In this document: positions 5,986-13,697 of the stretch, piece by piece
Layout of the letters: each line of letters starts with the position of its first letter
How positions within the stretch are numbered: position 1 is the stretch's first letter
Origin: a virus
Taxonomy: Duplodnaviria; Caudoviricetes
Length of the DNA: 27,924 nucleotides
IMG/VR virus record: IMGVR_UViG_3300020045_010598
Span: 1 to 27,924 of that record
Strand: one strand, 5' to 3'
The notes under the pieces: model-generated
Databases searched by the model: none
What the model saw: the letters and a program-made list of their open reading frames with translations, nothing else
What the model was told of the DNA's origin: nothing
Made by a program: the position numbers and the translations under genes

Positions 5986-6621
5986 TTATCTTGCAGACGT
6001 GAATGAGAGTGGAATTCCGATAAATTTGAATCGCTTACGGACATCTGCACACATGTCCGCGTCGATCTCAACAAGCGTGAAATCAATGCCAAGTTCGATA
6101 GCCGCGAAGCCTGTCGTACAAGACCCGGCAAAAGGATCTACGACACTCTTGATATCAAATGACCCAAGAATATCAGTCCACGCAGTCAAGTTTTTTGCCA
6201 TCCCGTGTTCGTCACTGCGATCGCGTGGAGCGCGCAGGACAGTAGGCCAATAGCCTTTTCCGTCGAACGTGTCAGACCGCTCGCGACGCTTCCGATCAAA
6301 TGCCGATTTCGCATTATTGCGCGTCATGTAAACACCTGTCTGGTGCGTGTAGTGCGGCGTGTAGACGCTCTTGGATTTCTTCGGGACTACAGCGTCAAGG
6401 ACGAAGTCGAACGCCAGTTTCCAATCCGGTGCAGCGACAGAGAACTCGAAGAGCTGCCGCATTGTTGTTACGAGAACGAGATGATTGCTTTCGATGCCGC
6501 TGAGGATGTCAGCAAGATCCTTGCCTGGCATGTCGTACGGCGGATCAGTCATGATAATGTCTGCAGAAAGCGATGTGAATCGTGCATCTGTATTAATTAA
6601 GCGGCGTTCTTTTTGAGCCAT
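5986..6621 (-). CDS. DNA amino-methyltransferase (N6-A/N4-C, beta-type motif order)
   Basis: Catalytic TDPPY N-terminal; H..K and VVDPFAGSCTT SAM-binding motif C-terminal, VEID. Confidence 0.88.
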   Translation of the reverse strand: MAQKERRLINTDARFTSLSADIIMTDPPYDMPGKDLADILSGIESNHLVLVTTMRQLFEFSVAAPDWKLAFDFVLDAVVPKKSKSVYTPHYTHQTGVYMTRNNAKSAFDRKRRERSDTFDGKGYWPTVLRAPRDRSDEHGMAKNLTAWTDILGSFDIKSVVDPFAGSCTTGFAAIELGIDFTLVEIDADMCADVRKRFKFIGIPLSFTSAR

Positions 6622-8201
6622 AACGACATCACTTTCCCGACCTTCGCCGTGTTGTTCTTTTTCATGTCAGCGAGTGTAAAATTGTCGAACCAGAATTTAT
6701 CTTTCCAGCCATCTTTTTCTACGAGACGATTGATATCCGGTACGCCGAAATCCGATGCTCTCGCAGTATCGCAGAACCAGATAAAGATCTGTTCCAATGC
6801 CTTTCCGATCGCACCGCCGTAAGCTGCAAAATTCGGGGTACGGATGACATTGTTGACCTGAAATTCTTTGTCGATCCTGATACGCTCTCTCTCGATCAGA
6901 TCAAAATCCAGATATTTTACAGCATGCAATGTCTCGCCCGATCCACGTTTGATTTTGTTTTCAGCGCCGCACTCTGGGCATTTTGTGAGCCAGGCTTTGT
7001 AAGTCGCGTCACATTCAGAGCATGAAATCAGATTACTTTTGACTTCCTTCGGCGGATTTTCAAGACTCCAGGCGATGTGTTTGTCCGGCATATCGTGCAT
7101 GAGAACATTACCACAATGATCAATAATTATTGCGTGATCTTTGCCTGGCTCTGGCCGCAGTGTCCGCCCTATCCATTGCCGATAGTTGACGAGCGAAGCC
7201 GTCTTGCGGAGCATGATCATCGCTTCGATAGCAGGAACGTCAACTCCCTCGCCGAGCATATCGACGTGACAGATAACTTGAATATGCTTGTTGCGAAAAA
7301 GATCGAAGATCCTGGCTGTGTCGACTTGCGACATAGCTGAAGAAATGCACGCTGCCGCATATCCTGCGGACTTGAAAGTTTTCGCTGTCGCTTCCGCGAT
7401 CTTGATGCCGACGCAAAAAACGATGGCTTGCTTGCCGTCAGCGAGACGTCTGTAGTGTTCGAGAGCAGAGCCAGCGAAGACATATTCGTTGCCGTCAAAA
7501 ATCGCGAGTTGCGAAGCTGATGTGTATTCACCGTCTTTGCCGACGATCAGACGACTATCGTCTGAAATGCCAGGTATCGAATAGACTTTGAAGTCTGACA
7601 AAAATCCCCAACTAATCAGCTTGCGTACCGAATCTTCGCGCAGCTCGTCGGCTTGTATAAGAACGTCGAAAACACCTCCCTGCGACTTCGCAAGACTACG
7701 CCCGTCTGCACGGCACGGCGTCGCGGTGAAGCCGATGATCCGAGCGTTCGGGAATATCGTGCATAGACGGCCCCATTTGTTATCGTCGATCATGTGATGT
7801 GCTTCATCGACAATGATCTTCCACGGCAACGTCGTATCAATCTTTAAAAGCCCGCGGCGATGAAGAGACAAGAGCCTGTCGATTGACGAGACAATACGCT
7901 TTGCGCCGGGCTTGATGAACTCTCGTCCGACCGCTCTGCGGTGTTCAAGAATACACAGACGACGTGTGTAGTCAGAGCATATCGTATCGTGCACGACAGC
8001 GTGTTTTGCAAGCGTAGCACTGGCTTGTCTGATCAGAATATTTCTGTGAGCGACTACGATAACGAGCGGGGACTTTTTGACAACCGACGCAATGATAGGA
8101 GTTTTTCCAGCCCCGGTATCCGCTTGCACAAGACAGTTTCGGCTCTCAGACATGATCTGAGAGCCGAGGTCTTTTTGATATGAGCGCGGTATGAATGACA
8201 T
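6597..8201 (-). CDS. Superfamily 2 (DEAH) DNA helicase with C-terminal zinc ribbon
   Basis: TGAGKT, DEAHH, TATP, EGVDVP, QWIGRTLR, IIDHCGN, CxxC..CPxC. Confidence 0.92.
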   Translation of the reverse strand: MSFIPRSYQKDLGSQIMSESRNCLVQADTGAGKTPIIASVVKKSPLVIVVAHRNILIRQASATLAKHAVVHDTICSDYTRRLCILEHRRAVGREFIKPGAKRIVSSIDRLLSLHRRGLLKIDTTLPWKIIVDEAHHMIDDNKWGRLCTIFPNARIIGFTATPCRADGRSLAKSQGGVFDVLIQADELREDSVRKLISWGFLSDFKVYSIPGISDDSRLIVGKDGEYTSASQLAIFDGNEYVFAGSALEHYRRLADGKQAIVFCVGIKIAEATAKTFKSAGYAAACISSAMSQVDTARIFDLFRNKHIQVICHVDMLGEGVDVPAIEAMIMLRKTASLVNYRQWIGRTLRPEPGKDHAIIIDHCGNVLMHDMPDKHIAWSLENPPKEVKSNLISCSECDATYKAWLTKCPECGAENKIKRGSGETLHAVKYLDFDLIERERIRIDKEFQVNNVIRTPNFAAYGGAIGKALEQIFIWFCDTARASDFGVPDINRLVEKDGWKDKFWFDNFTLADMKKNNTAKVGKVMSLWLKKNAA

Positions 8202-8819
8202 TTACGCCGCAATCCTCATCGCTTTTAGAGTTTCGCTGAGAACGCCAAATGCGTCGCCGCATCGCTTGTAGTGATCTTCGAATGCGATCAGATCACGAGA
8301 GTTGTCTTCAAGCATCTGAACGCCCTCGATAATGACAGCGCGAACTGGGTCGAGATGAGAGTCATCAAGACCTTTCTCAACACCAATGTTGAGAAAGTGG
8401 TTCGCAGCCTTACACCCGCCTTGGCATGTATAACGTGCACGATTGACATCACAATTTGAGAAGAAGTTCATGAAGAACTTAACATCGATGACCGAATTTT
8501 TGTTGTTAATCCAGAATGTCGCATCTTGCATAGCCTCGCTATTGAGAACGCGCTCAGCGAGAACCGGAGTCAGAATCGACAGCGCCCGCTTCCGCAAGTC
8601 TTCTGCCCAAGACTTCTGTTTTGCCGTGCCTTTCAAGGCCTTGCCTCCAAGAGCCTTGGCTGCCTTGCGGCTTTCCTGTGCACGTTTCACTTCCTTCGAC
8701 GGAGCTGCTCTCGTCGCGGTCGTTCCGCCGAACGCGATGCCAGTTTCCATATCGATCCACGTGCCATCGCTCAGCTTGCGCGGCATGTCGGCATTATCTT
8801 TCCATTCTGTGAATGTCAT
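8202..8819 (-). CDS. Phage hypothetical protein with LKGTxKQxxWAxxxR motif
   Basis: 205 aa; GGGGAG SD; upstream TTGTTT-N17-AAATAT promoter; TAAATG junction to the helicase. Confidence 0.8.
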   Translation of the reverse strand: MTFTEWKDNADMPRKLSDGTWIDMETGIAFGGTTATRAAPSKEVKRAQESRKAAKALGGKALKGTAKQKSWAEDLRKRALSILTPVLAERVLNSEAMQDATFWINNKNSVIDVKFFMNFFSNCDVNRARYTCQGGCKAANHFLNIGVEKGLDDSHLDPVRAVIIEGVQMLEDNSRDLIAFEDHYKRCGDAFGVLSETLKAMRIAA

Positions 8820-8940
8820 TTTCTTAGTCTCCCCGTTTTTGCGGCCGTTGATCGTCGGCTACTACATATATATTTCGACATGTTGCTGTAATAAACAAGG
8901 CCGCCGACGGAAAATATTTGGATACACTTCTGAAATTCAA

Positions 8941-8988
8941 AATGTGTGAATTTTTATTGCGTTCTAAGACAATAAAAATGCACACATT
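8941..8988. repeat. AT-rich 19-bp inverted repeat
   Basis: AATGTGTGAATTTTTATTG / CAATAAAAATGCACACATT, one mismatch, 10-nt spacer. Confidence 0.85.
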
Positions 8989-8997
8989 ACTTTTGGA

Positions 8998-10635
8998 TTA
9001 CCCGATTGCCCGGTGCCGACCATCCGCCGACATAAGGATCATCGAACGAATCCCGGTCGGGTAGAGCACGACGCTTGCATGTGCCCAGGTTGTCGGCCCG
9101 ATGTTATATCCCTGCGCCAGCTTTGCCAGCACCCCTGCGACAAACGAGCCGTCTGCAATGCGCGGTGAATGGGTATGGCCGCTGGTCACGCGACGGCCGA
9201 AGCGGCGGTACTGCAGAGGGCTGCCACGGCTTCCGCCGATGCCAAGGTCACCGTGTAGACCGTGCTCGACGTCTTGGACAACGTATGATCCTCCGGCGGG
9301 GACAAAGACGATATCAGACGCAAGCCCGAGGTCGCGGAAGCTGTGTTCTGTTGGATTAAAAGCGTCGTCGAGCTTGCGGATTTGTTCATGCCAAACCGCA
9401 TTGTAACGGTGCCAGAGATATGCGTTCTCGGGATCGTAGCGGCCCTCGTCCCCTTTGAGCCACTTCGCGATGGCGCTGTCATGGTTGGACTCGATGACGA
9501 CCGTCGTGCACCAGTCGCGCCGAATGCCGTTCGCGAATGCGACGGCTTCCGATACCTCACGCTCCACCGACACCGTTCCACGGGCCGCCATGCGCGCCAT
9601 AGCGTGAGGGTCTTGGATGTTGTGATGGTTGCGCCAGCGGAAATCCAGCGTGTCTTCTAAAAACGAAAACATCGGCTGGAGCGTGTCGAGCAAGTTCGGG
9701 CAGTCTACGAACTGGAGCCGTGCCCGGTCGTAACCAAACGACGCAAGAGCAATGCGCTGTTCAAGTTGGTCGTGATGAATATCGCCCCAGGTGACAGCCG
9801 CAACGCGATAACCATGCTTGACGATGCCACCTTCGACGAGAATGTTGAGATCCTGAAATGACCCGTCTTCATCAGCAATGAGCTGCCCAAAGAAGACCTC
9901 GCCGTCGGCGTCAATTTCAACCAGTAGCGCGCCAAGCGTGTGATGTTGAATTGCCTTGCGTCCTGCGGCGCGGGGAGCGTACGACGGCATAGTGCAGCAG
10001 CCTGTCGAGATCGCATAGCGCGGCGGCTGTTCTAGCATGCGCGGGATGCTCTCGAGCGCGATCCTGGCATGCGGGACGATGACGTGTTGGCCTCCATTGC
10101 TGGTCTGCCACCCATTGAGAGGATTGGCAGCAGTAGGCAGCACGTTGGCGTCAGCGATGAAGAGAACGTCCGGCGAAAATCTCACGCGGTCGTAGATCAT
10201 CAGGTCTCGGATTTCTGGAGCATACGCACCGCTTCGGACAGCGTGGTCTTCGAATAGACCCTTCTGATAAGTGAACCCAGCGACGACGACATGAGCGCCT
10301 AGATGTTCGGCGTAGGCTTTCAAGTTTGCTAGGAACGGCGCATGGACTTCTGTGTCGTCTTGCGCGGAAGTGAGAATGAAACGATGGACAATGCCGGACT
10401 CAAGATCGGCCTTGATTTCCTCGATCGACGAGATGCGGGCAGGCTTAGGTTTGTCTTTCGGAGTCTTTGTTTCTGTCTGCGATGGCATCGGCGCATTTGA
10501 CTTCAAGAAATCAATCACATTCCGAGCCCTTTTCTCCGACCACCGCATTTCTGCAGCTAGCGGCAGTCTTCCAAGACCCTGAAAACCACGCTTAGAAACT
10601 TCGGCAGCATCAGCCACCACATTGTATTTACTCAT
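8998..10635 (-). CDS. T5 A1-like metallophosphoesterase/nuclease
   Basis: FILTSAQ N-terminal motif, then calcineurin-like motifs GDIH, D..D, SNHD, HG, GHTH and YNxGxTxW tail; likely start ATG 10635 (GGGGAG SD; TTGCAA-N17-AACAGT promoter at 10709-10681). Confidence 0.8.
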   Translation of the reverse strand: MSKYNVVADAAEVSKRGFQGLGRLPLAAEMRWSEKRARNVIDFLKSNAPMPSQTETKTPKDKPKPARISSIEEIKADLESGIVHRFILTSAQDDTEVHAPFLANLKAYAEHLGAHVVVAGFTYQKGLFEDHAVRSGAYAPEIRDLMIYDRVRFSPDVLFIADANVLPTAANPLNGWQTSNGGQHVIVPHARIALESIPRMLEQPPRYAISTGCCTMPSYAPRAAGRKAIQHHTLGALLVEIDADGEVFFGQLIADEDGSFQDLNILVEGGIVKHGYRVAAVTWGDIHHDQLEQRIALASFGYDRARLQFVDCPNLLDTLQPMFSFLEDTLDFRWRNHHNIQDPHAMARMAARGTVSVEREVSEAVAFANGIRRDWCTTVVIESNHDSAIAKWLKGDEGRYDPENAYLWHRYNAVWHEQIRKLDDAFNPTEHSFRDLGLASDIVFVPAGGSYVVQDVEHGLHGDLGIGGSRGSPLQYRRFGRRVTSGHTHSPRIADGSFVAGVLAKLAQGYNIGPTTWAHASVVLYPTGIRSMILMSADGRHRAIG

Positions 10636-10731
10636 TTTTTTGTCTCCCCGGGCATGATTTTTGTTTTGTTGCCCAAGATGACTGTTTTGTTGCCGACGGA
10701 GCGTTGCAAGTTCGCCGGCGATATTTTTCAT

Positions 10732-10995
10732 TTAGATGCCTGTTTTTTCTTTGATCATCGGCCAAAGGAAGTTCAGACCGATCCAAAAGACTGTGAAGAC
10801 GGCGGCGATTCCCGAGAGATATGATTTGTTCGAGACACTGTTTGTCTTGATTGCAGCGAGATCAGTTTTAATCGTGTCGATCTCCAGGCGCATCGATGAT
10901 TGCCCTTGAACAAAGGCGTCCATTTTGGCTTCGAGACGAGCCTGTCCCCTGATCAGATCGAGAAATTCAGATGTGTTAATGGGGTCAGCAGCCAT
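10732..10995 (-). CDS. Coiled-coil protein with C-terminal TM helix (XhlA/holin-associated type)
   Basis: 87 aa; heptad region RLEAKMD...IKTDL; hydrophobic C-terminal helix with basic tail. Confidence 0.75.
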   Translation of the reverse strand: MAADPINTSEFLDLIRGQARLEAKMDAFVQGQSSMRLEIDTIKTDLAAIKTNSVSNKSYLSGIAAVFTVFWIGLNFLWPMIKEKTGI

Positions 10996-11066
10996 TGGAT
11001 TCTCTAACTATTTGTATTCGTTATTCGCTCATGTACGAATGCAAGATGCGATGCGCCGCCGGCGCA

Positions 11067-11273
11067 TCACATGGGTGGCACAAAGACGTAATTCGTGGAG
11101 TCGACGCAGTATGAAACATCCACCGCCGTCTGACTTCCGATAATAATTCCGGCGGTCTCAACGGTATCGCGCCGACCCTTACCGTCGTAATGCGCTACGC
11201 GGGGCTGACGAGCCGCCCAACGCTTCAGTCGGCGGTCGATGAGTTGTGTGGTTGCAAGCACTTGTCCGGCCAT
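11067..11273 (-). CDS. Small hypothetical protein, last gene of the tail module
   Basis: 68 aa, AAGGAG SD. Confidence 0.7.
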   Translation of the reverse strand: MAGQVLATTQLIDRRLKRWAARQPRVAHYDGKGRRDTVETAGIIIGSQTAVDVSYCVDSTNYVFVPPM

Positions 11274-11284
11274 AGGGGCTCCTT

Positions 11285-13147
11285 TTAAACTGTTGGGGTA
11301 ATGTCTATGCCCTTCGGCACGTAGATCGGTTCGCAGGTTATCGTGACCCGGCGCGTTAGCTGGTCTTCCTCCGGCAACGGCATGAATCCAATATGCAGTT
11401 GTGTCGGCAAGCTACCCAGGGCGGCCATAGGATCAAGCCCGGCGAACGCGGCGGTGTTGGCTGCGGAAAGCTGTTCGTCGGAATCGTGGTAGACGGCTTC
11501 AACGAATGGAGCCAAGCCAGCGAGAGAATAGGCGTCTACTGGAGTGTCAACGCGACCGTAGCTTGGCGTGTAGACAACGCCTCCTGTCGACTCCTGGCCT
11601 ACGCCAGCGGTCGCTGGCGTGCTGCCGTTACCGATGCCGCAAGCAATCGTGATTTTGGTCGTGCGGACCGCGCCGTCAAAACGGATTTCAAGCCCGGTGA
11701 TAGGGCCGACACACTCGCCGCCGACAAGCTTGCCGTGCTCGATGCGGGCAGTGTCAGCGCATGAATAACCGCGTTTAGTGCCTGGCACTTCGACGGAAAC
11801 TTCCGCCGCTAGAGCGCGCTCGAGGACAACGCGATCAAGACGACGGACACCGTAGCGCACGATGCGCTTGCCACGATTGATGTCAGCGATCCTCGGCGTA
11901 CGCAGGTCAGTGAGAGCAGCCGATCTTGTCGTCAACTCCCACAAAATTGTCTCTGGATTTTCAGGGTCATTGTATTTAAACGGGCTTTGCGCATCGTGTG
12001 CCGTCAAGCAGACGAAGCATTTGCCGTTTATCTGGACACGGTCGCCGACATTGTAGTGTTGTATATCAAGCGTCTCTGGATCTTCGTAGCGCCATTCTGC
12101 GGTCGTGTGATCCAGATTCAATTGCCCGACCGTCAGAGTTTCGACGGCTTCAGTCTTGAGGTCACCGAGGATATTTTGGACGGCAGCGGGCATGATGATG
12201 TCGATGATTTCTTCACGCGCTTGTTTGAAGTCAAACGCGGCTCGGTAGTCGTAGTCGATGAGATGTGGGCGGACAGTGAGAGTACCGCCAGCCGCCGCGC
12301 CATATTCTGCAGAGGTTGCGGAAACGCTATGCGCGAGACTAGATCTCACGCTCGAAAAATCGAATTTGTCGAAAACCCATCCCGTAGCGTTCCCGATCGC
12401 ATCACCGGATTTTGGCATCAAAGACTGGATATCTTGATAGCTGTAAGACGCGAACGTGCCCGTTCGGTTGAAAGTCTGCTTGCCCTTCGCAGCTTGTGTG
12501 AACGGTATAATGATGCGCAGCTTCGACACGTTTTTGGGCGGATTCGTGACCGAGAACGTCAACTTTTCCTTGAGCGCCATGTTCACGATGTGCTCATCCT
12601 CGCCGTCAGTCATATGAATAAGCCTGACCTGCAGGGTCTTGCGATCCCACATGAACAGCTGCCGACGAGCCAACAACACGGTAGTCGGGTCGTCCGTTGC
12701 GTCGGGGTCAAAAAACAGCGGGTCGTACATTTCCGCTGCCTCGCGTTCCGATTCCGTGGCGTCGGGGTCGTAGTCAACTTCGCCGACGCGAAGAAGATTG
12801 GCTGCGGCTTTCAGCACTGTCTCGTCGTCTGGGGGGAGACAAAGGAATTCCAGCGTGCAGGTACTCTTGCCCATGTCCGTAGGCAGCCCAGTCAGACGCC
12901 CGCGGCAAAGTTCTACGGCGGCTTCATCGTCTGCAGATTTCTCAGACATCACGTAGTAGCGGCTCGGCGAGGACGCGATGCCAGCGATACCCGGGTTGGA
13001 GCGTTCTACACTGAATGACGGCGTGATGACGAAACCTTCTCGGCGCTCGTTGATCGCTCCGCGAAAGATTTCCCATTCGTTGATGCCGTGGACGGTCGGA
13101 TTGAACGCAGTGTTCCACGCGGCCAGCGGGGCAAGATAGAGGCTCAT
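11285..13147 (-). CDS. Tail tip/hub protein with inserted CBM5/12-like domain
   Basis: 620 aa, two genes after the tape measure; W...YNVGDRVQINGKCFVCLTAH...P...W pattern. Confidence 0.7.
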   Translation of the reverse strand: MSLYLAPLAAWNTAFNPTVHGINEWEIFRGAINERREGFVITPSFSVERSNPGIAGIASSPSRYYVMSEKSADDEAAVELCRGRLTGLPTDMGKSTCTLEFLCLPPDDETVLKAAANLLRVGEVDYDPDATESEREAAEMYDPLFFDPDATDDPTTVLLARRQLFMWDRKTLQVRLIHMTDGEDEHIVNMALKEKLTFSVTNPPKNVSKLRIIIPFTQAAKGKQTFNRTGTFASYSYQDIQSLMPKSGDAIGNATGWVFDKFDFSSVRSSLAHSVSATSAEYGAAAGGTLTVRPHLIDYDYRAAFDFKQAREEIIDIIMPAAVQNILGDLKTEAVETLTVGQLNLDHTTAEWRYEDPETLDIQHYNVGDRVQINGKCFVCLTAHDAQSPFKYNDPENPETILWELTTRSAALTDLRTPRIADINRGKRIVRYGVRRLDRVVLERALAAEVSVEVPGTKRGYSCADTARIEHGKLVGGECVGPITGLEIRFDGAVRTTKITIACGIGNGSTPATAGVGQESTGGVVYTPSYGRVDTPVDAYSLAGLAPFVEAVYHDSDEQLSAANTAAFAGLDPMAALGSLPTQLHIGFMPLPEEDQLTRRVTITCEPIYVPKGIDITPTV

Positions 13148-13695
13148 AGTTCACCTCCCACTTCCTGCGCTTGAATGCTCCATGCCGCTTCCGCCCGCGT
13201 CTCGCGCTGGCTCTTGGAATATGGCGCGTAGACCATCAATTCGAAAACCGGGCGGTAGTAGATACGCACTGGTGTCTCTGCTGGCGCATCAAGCGTGACG
13301 ACACGACCAGACACTGTGAACGGGATATCGACAAAACCCAAGTCAAGGCAGCGCACCGAACCCGGATGAGGATCGCGAATAAGTGTGCGGGTTGTGCCGC
13401 CTTGCGCGATCCGTGACGAGTGCTCACACCCGACAGGTGGGACCAGCGAAAAGACTTTGCCAGGCCACATTTCATCCAGCGCGGGCGGGCGCATATCGCC
13501 CTCGCCTGAGCTGATGCGGACTTCGAAAAGTTTGAAAGCATCGTCTGCGAGATTGACGAGTCTGCCGTTCCAGGTGCGCTCCATGGCGGCAGATTCGGCA
13601 ATCGGATTGATGTCGATTGTGAGATCGAATCCGGTCTGCCAGCCGACGGCTAGGTTCGAGCAGATGAGGGTCGTGGGTGAGCGGTATGTTGCCAT
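13144..13695 (-). CDS. Distal tail (Dit-like) protein
   Basis: 183 aa directly after the tape measure; MERTWNGRLV-type motif, beta-rich. Confidence 0.65.
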   Translation of the reverse strand: MATYRSPTTLICSNLAVGWQTGFDLTIDINPIAESAAMERTWNGRLVNLADDAFKLFEVRISSGEGDMRPPALDEMWPGKVFSLVPPVGCEHSSRIAQGGTTRTLIRDPHPGSVRCLDLGFVDIPFTVSGRVVTLDAPAETPVRIYYRPVFELMVYAPYSKSQRETRAEAAWSIQAQEVGGEL

Positions 13696-13697
13696 TG

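Noticed and set aside
5986-8201. Type III restriction-modification system
   Set aside because: No PD-(D/E)xK nuclease motif recognised in the helicase, and the MTase is far smaller than Mod subunits.
11987-13018. Long plus-strand ORFs (also 16809-17630, 24958-25794)
   Set aside because: Antisense shadows of well-supported structural genes in GC-rich DNA; no motifs.
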